Source: an uncultured Chthonomonadaceae bacterium (GTDB lineage Bacteria; Armatimonadota; Chthonomonadetes; Chthonomonadales; Chthonomonadaceae). Taken from it: 64,000 nt of DNA. The translations under genes were made by a program, and so were the position numbers. The notes beneath the pieces were generated by a model. That model was not told the origin of the DNA, did not search any database, and saw only the letters and a program-made list of their open reading frames with translations. Below are positions 11,198-20,864 of this stretch, in pieces. The stretch covers positions 1-64,000 of the forward strand of contig CAWIEK010000049.1 in assembly GCA_963835065.1 (NCBI GenBank), given 5' to 3'. How positions within the stretch are numbered: the stretch's first letter is position 1; every line of letters starts with the position of its first letter.

Positions 11198-11377
11198 ATG
11201 AGCGGAGTGGGAGCATTGACGGGAGCGGTATCGGCGGGCGTATTGCGGGGCGCGGAACAGGATACAGGCACGGCGGTAATCCTGCTGAAAAAGGCGACGC
11301 AGGCAGACAAAGACCTGGTGGCAACGCTTTTGCCGCCACCCGCGCCCACAAACGGAAGCGTGGACATTCGCGCCTGA
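11198..11377 (+). CDS. 59-aa YjfB-like putative motility protein (absent from ORF track)
   Basis: Own translation MSGVGALTG..TAVILLKKATQADKDLVATLLP..GSVDIRA; ggag RBS; resembles the YjfB pattern VLKK..LL..VDI. Confidence 0.6.
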   Translation: MSGVGALTGAVSAGVLRGAEQDTGTAVILLKKATQADKDLVATLLPPPAPTNGSVDIRA

Positions 11378-11387
11378 ATTTAGCTTT

Positions 11388-12242
11388 TCAGGAAAATGTC
11401 GTGAGGGATTTGATCTGCGCGTTGCGGCGCAATTTGTGCAGCGCTTTTACTTCGATCTGGCGCAGGCGTTCGCGGCTGGTTTTACGTTCGCGGCTCAGTT
11501 CTTCGAGCGTACAGGGTTCCTCGCCGTTCAAGCCGTAACGGGCGATGAGAATTTCCTGCTCCTGTGGGGTCAGTATCTGCAAGGCTTCGCGCACAGATTG
11601 GCCGATGCTTTGCTGGGTTGCCATTTGCAGTGGGTCGGACGTGTCGGGCGCGGGGATGGTATCGCCCAGGCGTCCTTCCTGCTCCTCGCCCATGGGCGCG
11701 TCGAACGAAAGGGGCAGGGCGGCGGCGGCCAGAAGCTGTGTTATTTTGATTTCCGGGATTTGCAGTTCCTGGGCCAGTTCCAGCAGGCTTGGGGTTCGGC
11801 CCAACCGGTTGCCCAGTTTTTGCCGCGCCTGCTGCAATTGGCGCAGGCTGTCGTGGACATGCGCGGGCATTCGGATCAAGCGGCCCGAATTGGTCAGCGC
11901 GCGCAGCATGGCCTGACGTATCCACCATACGGCATACGTGCTGAAACGCAGCCCCAGGCGGTAATCGAAATGGTCTACGGCTTGAATCAGGCCGAACATT
12001 CCCTCCTGGGTCACGTCTTCAGAGGAAAGGGGCGTGTTCTGAAACTGGCGCGCGATTTTATGAACCAGGCGCTGATTGGCAAGGATCAACTTTTGCCGCG
12101 CGGCTTCGCGCTCCTGCGGCGTCCGGCCTTCGACGGCCTGCCGGGCAAGCGCTTGTTCCTGCGCGAAATTGAGCAGTTCGCGGGAAGCGGGCATAGGTTG
12201 GGCAAAACGATCATCCGATGGGGGCGTCAGAAAAGTGGACAT
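11388..12242 (-). CDS. RpoD/RpoS-like sigma-70 family factor lacking region 1.1
   Basis: ANQRLV, DVTQEGMFGL, RFSTYAVWWIRQA, RLIRMPAHV, SRERLRQIE. Confidence 0.9.
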   Translation of the reverse strand: MSTFLTPPSDDRFAQPMPASRELLNFAQEQALARQAVEGRTPQEREAARQKLILANQRLVHKIARQFQNTPLSSEDVTQEGMFGLIQAVDHFDYRLGLRFSTYAVWWIRQAMLRALTNSGRLIRMPAHVHDSLRQLQQARQKLGNRLGRTPSLLELAQELQIPEIKITQLLAAAALPLSFDAPMGEEQEGRLGDTIPAPDTSDPLQMATQQSIGQSVREALQILTPQEQEILIARYGLNGEEPCTLEELSRERKTSRERLRQIEVKALHKLRRNAQIKSLTTFS

Positions 12243-12385
12243 GGCGCGTCTTTCTCCTTGATTGGGTGGTACTATTAAACCCTTTCGGAAAGCCATTTGG
12301 ATGTGAAGTCAGTCACAGGCTGACAGTGAAATACAGTATAGTTGTTTGTATAGACGATGTTTGCCGGCATATTTCTCCGGGAGGC

Positions 12386-13396
12386 ATGATGAATCCTTCT
12401 TGTTTGCCGTTTATTTTCAGGCGGCCGCCTGCGTTACACACTACTTGGGTTTGTAAATCAAGGTTTCAGCTGAAATTCAAACTCTCTGTGCCGGTAGGCT
12501 TGCCGCTCCTGCTGATGGCTGTCGGCAGTGGAATCGCGCAGGAACCCAAAACCGCCCAAGCCAACCCCGAACCCAAGCAAGCGCAGACTGTTCCCTCAAC
12601 ACAAACCGGACGGGCAACCGCCCCTGCCGATCTCATTACCATTCAGGAAGGGCAACTGCCGATTATTTTGTCGGCTCCGCACGGCGGGCAACTGGCGATT
12701 TCCGGCGCGGAACCGCGCAAGGGCGCGGGACTGGAAGAAGGGCCAAGCGGGTTCCGCACGGTGCGCGACGTGAACACGGATCGGCTGGCATTCGCCCTGT
12801 CTGCGGCTATCGAAGCGAAAACGGGCAAAAAGCCGTATCTCGTCGTGGCGAAATTCGCGCGCAGTTACGCCGATGTCAACCGTCCTCCCACTATCGGCTA
12901 CGAGGCTCCGGGCGCTAAACCCGTGTACGAGTTGTATCATCAAACGCTGGCGCGTTTCAGCCGGGAGGCGCGGCAGAAATGGGGACGGGGGCTATTGCTC
13001 GACATTCACGGGCAGGGCGCAAAGCGGGATACGATTTTCCGGGGCACGGGGGATGGCAAGTCTGTCGGCCTTCTCGTGGAGCGTTACGGCGTCAAAGCGC
13101 GGAGTGGCCCGGAGAGTTTCGCGGGCCTGCTGGCTGCCAAAGGCTGCAAAATCTTCCCCACCGACGACAGCCGGGAGCAATCGGGCTTTACGGGCGGCTA
13201 TATCACCCTCACCTACGGCAGTCGCGAACACGGCATGGACGCCATCCAACTGGAATTCGGCGGCGATTACACCAACAAAGACAAGCGGAAGGACACGGCG
13301 GAAAAACTGGCCGATGCTCTCGCCGACTTTTCCCGCCTCTACCTGCCCGCAAAGCCGTTGAAAGCAGAAACTCAACCGACAAAACAGGGTTTGTGA
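12386..13396 (+). CDS. N-formylglutamate amidohydrolase-like protein
   Basis: ILSAPHGG, DVNR, LLLDIHG, GGYIT, AIQLE. Confidence 0.7.
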   Translation: MMNPSCLPFIFRRPPALHTTWVCKSRFQLKFKLSVPVGLPLLLMAVGSGIAQEPKTAQANPEPKQAQTVPSTQTGRATAPADLITIQEGQLPIILSAPHGGQLAISGAEPRKGAGLEEGPSGFRTVRDVNTDRLAFALSAAIEAKTGKKPYLVVAKFARSYADVNRPPTIGYEAPGAKPVYELYHQTLARFSREARQKWGRGLLLDIHGQGAKRDTIFRGTGDGKSVGLLVERYGVKARSGPESFAGLLAAKGCKIFPTDDSREQSGFTGGYITLTYGSREHGMDAIQLEFGGDYTNKDKRKDTAEKLADALADFSRLYLPAKPLKAETQPTKQGL

Positions 13397-13476
13397 GCGT
13401 ACAACATAGTATGTGCCGGTTGTGCCTCGGCGTTATGCCTGGGGAGTTGTCACGGCAAGCCGAAGGGGAACATGCT

Positions 13477-14490
13477 ATGAAAACCAATTTGCAGACGATG
13501 AACTTGCCGACGATGAACTTTCGCGGGATGAACCGGCGCGAACTAATCTGCGCCGGCGTTGGACTGACTGCCGCGTTCGTATTGGAAACCGGGGCGGTTG
13601 GCGCGTCGCGCGCCCTGCCTGTCGTGCCCGCGCCGCCCGACTCGAACCCTGATTCTATTCAGACCCTCAAATTGTCTGATTCGCTTTCCGTCCTTATGGG
13701 CGCGGGCGGCAACATCGCCGTTTTGACCGGCGAGGATGGCGCGGTACAGATTGATTCGGGCCTCCATCCCCGCGCCGCCGATATTGCGCAGGCCGTTGCC
13801 GCTATTTCGCCCAAACCCGTCACGACCCTGATCAACACGCACTGGCACGCGGACCATACGGGCGGCAACGAGGCGGTCGGAACAGCGGGCGCGCGGATTG
13901 TCGCGCAGGACAATACGCGCCGCCGCCTGGCAACCCTGCAACGGGTTGACTTTATGAAAATGGACGTTCCCGCTCTGGCGCGCATCGGCCTGCCGACCCT
14001 GACCTTTATGGACAGCGCCGCAGAATACGCCAACGGCGAGGAACTGGTTCTCACGCATGTCGCGCCCGCCCACACCGATACGGACATTTTCATTCAATTT
14101 CGGCAGGCCAATGTAATCCATGCGGGCGACTTGCTGTTCAATGGCTTTTACCCGTTCATTGATTATTCGAGCGGCGGCTGGATTGGCGGCATGGTTGCGG
14201 CTTCTGACCGTCTCCTTTCGGCGGGCAATGACAAAACGCGCTACATTCCGGGGCATGGGCCGATGGCGACCCGCGCCGACGTGCAGAACTTCCGCGCGAT
14301 GCTGGCAACTGTACAAAACCGTATCGCGCCAATGGTCAAAGCGGCCCGCACCGAAGCGCAGGCTGTCGCCGCAAAACCGACAAAAGACCTGGACGCGAAA
14401 TGGGGCAAAGGCTTCTTAAGCGGCGACCAGTTTACAAGCCTGGTGTATCGCGGCATAGCGCAGCACGGCTCCACGAAAACCCGTGCCTGA
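13477..14490 (+). CDS. Tat-exported metallo-beta-lactamase-fold hydrolase (cyclase-like)
   Basis: NRRELI Tat motif, THWHADHTGGN, AHTDTD, IPGHG. Confidence 0.85.
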   Translation: MKTNLQTMNLPTMNFRGMNRRELICAGVGLTAAFVLETGAVGASRALPVVPAPPDSNPDSIQTLKLSDSLSVLMGAGGNIAVLTGEDGAVQIDSGLHPRAADIAQAVAAISPKPVTTLINTHWHADHTGGNEAVGTAGARIVAQDNTRRRLATLQRVDFMKMDVPALARIGLPTLTFMDSAAEYANGEELVLTHVAPAHTDTDIFIQFRQANVIHAGDLLFNGFYPFIDYSSGGWIGGMVAASDRLLSAGNDKTRYIPGHGPMATRADVQNFRAMLATVQNRIAPMVKAARTEAQAVAAKPTKDLDAKWGKGFLSGDQFTSLVYRGIAQHGSTKTRA

Positions 14491-14541
14491 AACGTCGCAA
14501 TGCGTCGCAATGAGTCGAAAAAGACGCTTGGAGAAGAAACG

Positions 14542-15564
14542 ATGAAAGCCTTTGCGATACAAGACCAATTCGGGCCGGACGCGCTCAAGCCGATTACACT
14601 CCCCGATCCCGAAGTCGGGCCGGGACAGGTGTTGATGCGGGTTCGCGCCGCGTCGCTCAACTACCGCGACTGGATGATGGTATCCGGGCAGTACAATCCG
14701 AAGCAGCCGTTGCCCCTGGTTCCGCTTTCGGACGGCGCGGGCGACATTATGGCAATCGGGGAGGGCGTTACGCGGGTCAAGGTGGGAGATAGGGTCGCGG
14801 GCGCGTTTACGCAGGCATGGGTAGACGGCGCGTATCGCCCGGAATACTGGCGAACATCTACATTGGGCGGGCCGCTGCCGGGGATGCTGGCGGAATACGC
14901 GCTGTTATCGGAGCAGGGCGTGGTGGTACTGCCCGATTATCTCTCGTATGAAGAAGGCGCGACACTGCCCTGCGCAGCGGTCACGGCGTGGAACGGCTTG
15001 TTTGTGGCGGGCAATTTGCAGCCCGGTGATACCGTTGTGGTGCAGGGTACGGGCGGCGTGTCCCTGTTCGCGCTGCAATTGGCGAAAATGGCGGGCGCGC
15101 AGGTGTTCGTCACATCGAGCAGCGACGCCAAACTGGAAAAGGCGCGGGAATTGGGCGCAGCCGCAGGCGTGAACTACAAAACAACGCCGGAATGGGGCGA
15201 CGCCATACGGGAGTTGACGGGCGGCGTGGGCGTGGATCATGTCGTGGAAGTGGGCGGCGCGGGGACCCTGCCGCAATCGTTCCGGGCGGCGCGTGACGGC
15301 GGGCATATCGCCATCATCGGCCTGCTGGCGGCGGGCGCGGGCGACATCAACCCGATGCCCATCTTGCTCAAAGCTTTGCGTCTGACCGGAATTCTGGTCG
15401 GCAGTCGCAAGATGTTCGAGGACATGAACCGCGCCCTCACCGTGAGCGGCCTCAAACCCGTGATTGACCGCGCGTTCGCCCTCAACGAAGCCCCGGAAGC
15501 GCTGGCCTATCTGAAAAGCGGTTCCCACTTCGGCAAAATCGTTATTCGGATAGATGCTTCTTGA
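14542..15564 (+). CDS. Zinc-type alcohol dehydrogenase-like / NADPH:quinone reductase (MDR)
   Basis: SLNYRD, PLSDGAG, GTGGVS, HFGKIVI. Confidence 0.88.
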   Translation: MKAFAIQDQFGPDALKPITLPDPEVGPGQVLMRVRAASLNYRDWMMVSGQYNPKQPLPLVPLSDGAGDIMAIGEGVTRVKVGDRVAGAFTQAWVDGAYRPEYWRTSTLGGPLPGMLAEYALLSEQGVVVLPDYLSYEEGATLPCAAVTAWNGLFVAGNLQPGDTVVVQGTGGVSLFALQLAKMAGAQVFVTSSSDAKLEKARELGAAAGVNYKTTPEWGDAIRELTGGVGVDHVVEVGGAGTLPQSFRAARDGGHIAIIGLLAAGAGDINPMPILLKALRLTGILVGSRKMFEDMNRALTVSGLKPVIDRAFALNEAPEALAYLKSGSHFGKIVIRIDAS

Positions 15565-15616
15565 GGATGCGTCTTGATCCTATAAAGGCGAATAGGGATG
15601 AGCAAATGACACAAAC

Positions 15617-15646
15617 GAGGGCTGAAGAAGTTATTCTTCAGCCCTC
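15617..15646. terminator. Hairpin terminator between convergent genes
   Basis: gagggctgaagaa-gtta-ttcttcagccctc, 13-bp stem. Confidence 0.65.
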
Positions 15647-15712
15647 AACGCTTTCCAATGCGGGGTATCGGCGATGAGCGAACGCTTGCGCTTTCCCTCA
15701 ACTCTCAACCCC

Positions 15713-16018
15713 TCAAGCAACCGGCTGCGCCAACTCCAGCGCCGCTTCAATGGGGGTTTCAAGGACGACGGGCGTATACACGCTGACGCGCCGCCGGGTT
15801 GTCGGTCCCTCGAACTTCACCACGCCGTCAATCAGCGCGAACAGGGTGTAGTCCTTGCCCAATCCGACGTTGTTGCCCGGATGCAGCTTGGTTCCGCACT
15901 GGCGCACCAGAATGTGCCCCGCCCGGACAACTTCGCCGCCGTATTTCTTGACGCCCCGATACTGAGGATTGCTGTCGCGCCCGTTGCGCGAACTTCCCAC
16001 GCCTTTTTTATGTGCCAT
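15713..16018 (-). CDS. rpmA: 50S ribosomal protein L27
   Basis: [26 protein letters not shown]. Confidence 0.97.
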   Translation of the reverse strand: MAHKKGVGSSRNGRDSNPQYRGVKKYGGEVVRAGHILVRQCGTKLHPGNNVGLGKDYTLFALIDGVVKFEGPTTRRRVSVYTPVVLETPIEAALELAQPVA

Positions 16019-16030
16019 TGTAAGTCTCCA

Positions 16031-16142
16031 GTTGATAGTTGATAGTTGATAGTTGAGAGCGCCTCGCAGTCACTTGCTCGCTTTGAAACGAGAGCAAGCC
16101 TCCACATGCGAACTATCAACTATCAACTATCAACTATCAACT
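16031..16142. repeat. Inverted pair of heptamer tandem arrays (gttgata)n / (tatcaac)n
   Basis: Directly visible between rplU and rpmA. Confidence 0.9.
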
Positions 16143-16144
16143 TC

Positions 16145-16456
16145 CTAAGCCTGTATACTTTCGATGCGCAGCCGGGTCAACTGCTGGCGATGCCCGTAGC
16201 GCTTGCGAATGTTCTTTTTGGGCTTGAAAGTGATCGCGTTGATCTTCTTGCCCAATTCGTGATCTACGATTTTGGCGACCACTTTCGCGCCGGAGACCAT
16301 CGGAGCGCCGACCTGCAGGCCGCTGTCGCCCTGCACCATCAGCACACTGGTCAGTTCCACCATCGCGTTGATTTCGCCCTCGATTTTTTCCACTTGAATG
16401 GTGCTGCCTTCGCGCACCGTATACTGCTTGCCGCCCGTTTTGACAATCGCGTACAT
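16145..16456 (-). CDS. rplU: 50S ribosomal protein L21
   Basis: MYAIVKTGGKQY..GHRQQLT; aggag RBS. Confidence 0.97.
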   Translation of the reverse strand: MYAIVKTGGKQYTVREGSTIQVEKIEGEINAMVELTSVLMVQGDSGLQVGAPMVSGAKVVAKIVDHELGKKINAITFKPKKNIRKRYGHRQQLTRLRIESIQA

Positions 16457-16700
16457 TGTTTGCTCCTGCGCAATGGAAAGGTAGAGAGTAAGAGTGAAGA
16501 GTGAGAGAAAACGCCGCTTCACTCTGAGCATTCACTGTGGCTAACTCTTACTTATCCCTTATCACTTCTGTTTGCATTGCTTGCCTGGCAGCGACACTCC
16601 ATTAGCCTGTTTCAAATCCAAGCGGGTTCAATGAAAAGTTGGCCTGTTAGAATGTCCCTGGCAGGCGTGACAAATGCCCTGATTTTTAAGTCAGCGTTGC

Positions 16701-16730
16701 AATATACCCTATATGCCGCGCCAAAGTCAA
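16701..16730 (-). promoter_or_regulatory. Putative sigma-70 promoter of rplU-rpmA
   Basis: TTGACT-18 nt-TATATT on the minus strand. Confidence 0.5.
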
Positions 16731-16918
16731 TTGTCAATCTGCCCTTTTTGCCTGCCTTCCCCAAGTCGCGCATATTTGCCGCGCTTTGATTTTTTGCTGC
16801 GCTTTGATGGAGCCGGTCTGTGAAAATATCCCCCTTCCCAAAATTTGGGAAAGGGGCCGGTAAAAAAGTTTACCCTTCTCCCATAATTTAGGAGAAGGAC
16901 CGGGGATAAGGGCTATTT

Positions 16919-17524
16919 TCAGGATGACTGCGCGCTGTTGGGAATGGGCGCGTACTCGTATTCCGGCTCCCACCCGTTCGCGCCTCCCTGCAACAAATCG
17001 AACAACGGCCACACCGCGCAGAAATCGTCGCCCGGCCCGAAGAATGTCGAGGCGGTACGATAGATACGCCCGTCTTCTTCCCGGCGAAATGCCGTCACGC
17101 CCGGCATCGTGCCGTACTCCGCGCTTGCAAAACCCATATCACCTGTGAACGACATGCCCTCACCCGAAACCATTGGGAAGTTCCAGCCTCGTGCGGCGGC
17201 AAATTCCGCCTGCGTTTGCGGGTCATTGGGTGACACGAGGACGAAGGCGGCGCGGTCCTGCAGGTGGGGAAGCAGGCTGTTAAAGCCATCCGCCCACAAC
17301 GTGCAGTAGGGACAGCCTTTTCCCATGTTATGAATGACCAGCAAATCCGGCTTGTCGCCGAACAGATCGGCCAGCCGAACTTGCTTTCCGTTCAGCCCGC
17401 CAAACGTGTAGTCGGATACAACCTCTTGACGCGGCTGGCCGCGCCGGGCTTCAGACAATTGTTTCTTCAGCCGATAAATCTGGATTTCCAACTGCTGCAC
17501 TTCAGCTGCGTTTTCATAGTTCAT
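16919..17524 (-). CDS. DUF899 family thioredoxin-like protein
   Basis: LADLFG, GCPYCTLWADGFN, ARGWNF, WPLFDLL. Confidence 0.85.
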   Translation of the reverse strand: MNYENAAEVQQLEIQIYRLKKQLSEARRGQPRQEVVSDYTFGGLNGKQVRLADLFGDKPDLLVIHNMGKGCPYCTLWADGFNSLLPHLQDRAAFVLVSPNDPQTQAEFAAARGWNFPMVSGEGMSFTGDMGFASAEYGTMPGVTAFRREEDGRIYRTASTFFGPGDDFCAVWPLFDLLQGGANGWEPEYEYAPIPNSAQSS

Positions 17525-17668
17525 AAGTATGCGCCTCCAAAAATGGGAACGAGATAGGCAAGAGACACGCCTTTGCAAAGGCTGTTCTCTGCTTTTGAAC
17601 ACTCCCGGCACACAGGCACAACCGGAAATACGTCAGCCAAATGTCGGCAGAACCGCTCTTGTGTCCTG

Positions 17669-17677
17669 TGCTATAAT
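17669..17677 (+). promoter_or_regulatory. Extended -10 element upstream of hisG
   Basis: TGCTATAAT. Confidence 0.5.
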
Positions 17678-17810
17678 GAGGGCAGAGAAAAAGGGGTCAG
17701 GATTCAGGGGTCAGGGGTCAGTAAATACACTATACATCCCTTGTGCGCTCTGATTGCAACATCAAACACGAGGCAGGCATTTCCCTGACTCCTGAATCCT
17801 GACCCCTTCT

Positions 17811-18710
17811 ATGGAGACCAACATGGAACCATCAAATCTTAAATTGAAAATAGGCATTCCCAAAGGCAGCTTGCAGGAAGCCACATTTGCGCTGTTCAAG
17901 AAGGCAGGGTTTGAATTTCATACCAGCAGCAGCCGTTCGTACCATCCTACGGTAGACGACCCGGAACTGGAACCCATTTTGCTGCGCCCGCAGGAGATTC
18001 CGCGCTATGTGGAGCATGGCATTTTGGATGCGGGACTGACGGGCAAGGACTGGATCGAGGACAACGGTTCGCAGGTCGAGGAAGTGGCGGAACTGACGTA
18101 TTCCAAAATCACGCGCAATCCCATTCGCATCGTGCTTGCCGTGCCTAACGAGGCGCCCGTTTATTCGGCCCACGACTTGCAGGGCAAGCGAATCGCAACC
18201 GAGTACGTGCGCCTGACCGAGCGTTATTTGCGGCAGCATGACGTGCAGGCGGATGTGGAGTTTTCGTGGGGCGCGGACGAGGTGAAAGTGCCCGATCTGG
18301 TAGACGCGATTGTCGTCAACACGGAAACCGGCAGCAGCCTGCGCGCTCACAACCTTCGCATTGTGGACACCCTGCTCACGTCTACCACGCGCCTGATCGC
18401 CAACAAAGCCTCATGGCAAAACGATTGGAAACGCGCTAAGCTGGAAAACATGGCGATGCTGCTTACCGGCGCGCTTCATGCCGAACAGCTTGTCGGCCTG
18501 AAAATGAACGTGCCCGCGCGGGAACTGGAAGCCGTCACGTCCCTTCTGCCCGCCCTGAAAAACCCGACTATATCTCCGCTGTCCACGCCGGATTGGGTAG
18601 CGCTGGAAATCATCGTCGCCATCAATACGGTGCGCGACCTGCTGCCCAAACTGAAACGCGCCGGAGCCGAAGGCATCGTCGAATACCCGCTCAACAAAGT
18701 CGTCTACTAA
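17811..18710 (+). CDS. hisG: ATP phosphoribosyltransferase, long form
   Basis: IGIPKGSL, RPQEIP, GLTGKDW, TETGSSL, C-terminal regulatory domain PTISPL..GAEGI. Confidence 0.95.
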   Translation: METNMEPSNLKLKIGIPKGSLQEATFALFKKAGFEFHTSSSRSYHPTVDDPELEPILLRPQEIPRYVEHGILDAGLTGKDWIEDNGSQVEEVAELTYSKITRNPIRIVLAVPNEAPVYSAHDLQGKRIATEYVRLTERYLRQHDVQADVEFSWGADEVKVPDLVDAIVVNTETGSSLRAHNLRIVDTLLTSTTRLIANKASWQNDWKRAKLENMAMLLTGALHAEQLVGLKMNVPARELEAVTSLLPALKNPTISPLSTPDWVALEIIVAINTVRDLLPKLKRAGAEGIVEYPLNKVVY

Positions 18711-18739
18711 ACGCTGTTTGCTGCAGGGAGTAACTTGCC

Positions 18740-19066
18740 ATGTCTGAACCTACAGAACCGACAGGAAAAGCGCCCTACGCGCTCGTCACGCAGGAATATC
18801 TGGAAGAAGTCGGCAAATTGGGAGACGCAATATACGAGAAGCTGAAGCCGCTGCTGGAACCGGAACATGACCGCAAGTTCGTCACGATACATGTGGATAC
18901 CGAAGATTACGCCATTGGTAAGAACTCCTCTGCCGCGAACCGGGCTATTCTTGAGCGTCATCCCATAGATGGCCGCTTGTACACGCGCAAGATCGGCAAT
19001 GAACCGGAGTATGGTCTGGCATCTCGTATTCTCGCCTCGCAAATGAAGGAAGCACAGAACAAATGA
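18740..19066 (+). CDS. Small hypothetical protein coupled to aspartic protease gene
   Basis: 108-aa ORF, FVTIHVDTEDY; ATGA overlap with next gene. Confidence 0.65.
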   Translation: MSEPTEPTGKAPYALVTQEYLEEVGKLGDAIYEKLKPLLEPEHDRKFVTIHVDTEDYAIGKNSSAANRAILERHPIDGRLYTRKIGNEPEYGLASRILASQMKEAQNK

Positions 19067-19425
19067 CGCTTGGACATGTTCGTGATGGCTTTCCACGCAT
19101 GATGCTGACGCTGCTTGGGCCAAATGGACCGGTCAACGTAGAATTCATTGTAGACACTGCCTTTGATGGAGAGTTGTCTCTTCCCGGCAACATTCTGATA
19201 CAGCTACATGCCACCTATTTTACAGATAGAATGTCCCGTATGGCGGATGGGAGTCTGTCTAGCTGCTCGGTCTACACTATTGAATTGGTATGGGATGGGC
19301 AGCCACGCCTGACCGAAGTGGTACATCTGGACAATGCGCCACTGCTCGGCGTACAATTGATGGATAGCAAATTTCTGCAAGCGGAAATGACCGACGGCGG
19401 CGAAGTCTCGCTTGATGATCTGTAA
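19063..19425 (+). CDS. Clan AA (retropepsin-like) aspartic protease
   Basis: FIVDTAFDGELSLP and PLLGVQLM motifs. Confidence 0.7.
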   Translation: MTLGHVRDGFPRMMLTLLGPNGPVNVEFIVDTAFDGELSLPGNILIQLHATYFTDRMSRMADGSLSSCSVYTIELVWDGQPRLTEVVHLDNAPLLGVQLMDSKFLQAEMTDGGEVSLDDL

Positions 19426-19547
19426 GAAGTTTCACTTGACGGCCTGTAAAATGAGGAATAACACAGAAGGCGCGGCTGTGTTCCCCTTGTAATCTCTCCG
19501 TGTTCTCCGTGTTCTCCGTGGTTTATCCTGTTTTTGGAGGCGAAAAC

Positions 19548-20168
19548 GTGATTGCGCAATTAACGGGACTGATTGCCCGCATCGAAGGCAACAGCGTGAT
19601 TGTGGATGTGAACGGCGTCGGGTATCAGGTGTTCGTGCCCGCAACCGTCTTGTCGGCGCTGCCGGAACTCAACGGCAAAGCAACCCTCGTCACGCACATG
19701 ATTGTGCGCGAGGACGAACTGACGCTGTACGGCTTCGGCAATCAAACCGAATTACAGGCGTTTCGGATTCTGCTCGGCGTGTCGGGGGTCGGTCCGAAAG
19801 TGGCGCTGGCCCTGCTGTCTACCTTAGATGTGAGCGAACTCTCGCGCGCCCTGTCCACGTCCGATACCCGCGTGATTACCAAAGTGCCGGGGGTGGGGCC
19901 GAAACTGGCGCAGCGCATGTGTCTGGAATTGGGCGATAAAATGAGCGCGTTCGTGTTCGAGGACAAAATCAAGCGCGCGGACGGCAATCAGCAGACGGCG
20001 GAAGAAAACGCCGCCTATGAGGATGCCATCGAGGGGCTGGTCGCGCTGGGCTGGAGCCGTCCCGACGCCAAAAAAGCCGTGCAGCGCGTATTCGACAAGT
20101 CTACGGATCGCGCCAATGTCGGCGCATTGGTCAGCGCGGCCCTGCGCTTGTTGACAGGGGGAGGATAG
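19548..20168 (+). CDS. ruvA: Holliday junction branch migration protein RuvA
   Basis: DVNGVGY, VREDELTLYGF, VSGVGPK, VPGVGPKLAQR. Confidence 0.95.
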   Translation: MIAQLTGLIARIEGNSVIVDVNGVGYQVFVPATVLSALPELNGKATLVTHMIVREDELTLYGFGNQTELQAFRILLGVSGVGPKVALALLSTLDVSELSRALSTSDTRVITKVPGVGPKLAQRMCLELGDKMSAFVFEDKIKRADGNQQTAEENAAYEDAIEGLVALGWSRPDAKKAVQRVFDKSTDRANVGALVSAALRLLTGGG

Positions 20169-20169
20169 T

Positions 20170-20308
20170 TTACCACCCGCTGCGCTAGAGACACAGAGAC
20201 ACAGAGGACAAACCAATACGAGAAGGAGAAGAGAGATGAAAACCTCTTCTTTTCTTCCTCTGTGTTCCCCCTCTGTGTCTCTGTGTCTCTAGCGCAGCGG
20301 GTGGTGAA
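20170..20308. repeat. Long inverted repeat containing 9-mer (acacagaga) units
   Basis: accacccgctgcgctagagacacagagacacagagg ... cctctgtgtctctgtgtctctagcgcagcgggtggt between convergent genes. Confidence 0.85.
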
Positions 20309-20311
20309 TTC

Positions 20312-20812
20312 CTAAACCGTGCAGATGCAGCCGCACAGGAGAGTTATTTCTACGGGCGAGTCGTGTTCCGTTCGATGCGCGCCGCGCACATGCGTTACGC
20401 GGTTCGTATAAGGATCCAAGACGATTATGTCCCTGACGTTCTGAGACACGTAAAACGGGATGCTGATGAGCATGTCTTTGGCTTCGTAGCCCTTGCTGAC
20501 GATTTCAATGACGGCTTCCGGCAACAGGGTTACGGCAGTATCTGTTTCATCCGGTTCACGACAGAAAATACTGATGTCGGGCCGTTTCAGGGAACCATCG
20601 GGAAAACGCACCTCGATGTCAATATTGAAGTGACAGGCGCAGCCACCTTCGGCTTCCGGTTGTGTCAGGGGACGAATAGTACGTAAAATTCGCAAAATGG
20701 CCGTTTGATGCCGGGGTACAGGCTGTGCTTCCCATGTGGACACGCCGCCAATCATTTCCAGCCGAATACCGAGTTCATCCGCCGCGCGCTGCAATTGCTC
20801 GCTGATTTCCAT
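20312..20812 (-). CDS. Uma2 (DUF820) family endonuclease-fold protein
   Basis: LEMIGG, KRPDISI, PEAVIEIVS. Confidence 0.8.
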   Translation of the reverse strand: MEISEQLQRAADELGIRLEMIGGVSTWEAQPVPRHQTAILRILRTIRPLTQPEAEGGCACHFNIDIEVRFPDGSLKRPDISIFCREPDETDTAVTLLPEAVIEIVSKGYEAKDMLISIPFYVSQNVRDIIVLDPYTNRVTHVRGAHRTEHDSPVEITLLCGCICTV

Positions 20813-20864
20813 AGGAAAGCCCTTTCTTTCGACTTTTACAGGAATGTAAGGAATTATACACGAA

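Noticed and set aside
16019..16144. Prp protease gene between rplU and rpmA
   Set aside because: Only heptamer repeats are present, and L27 lacks the cleavable N-terminal extension
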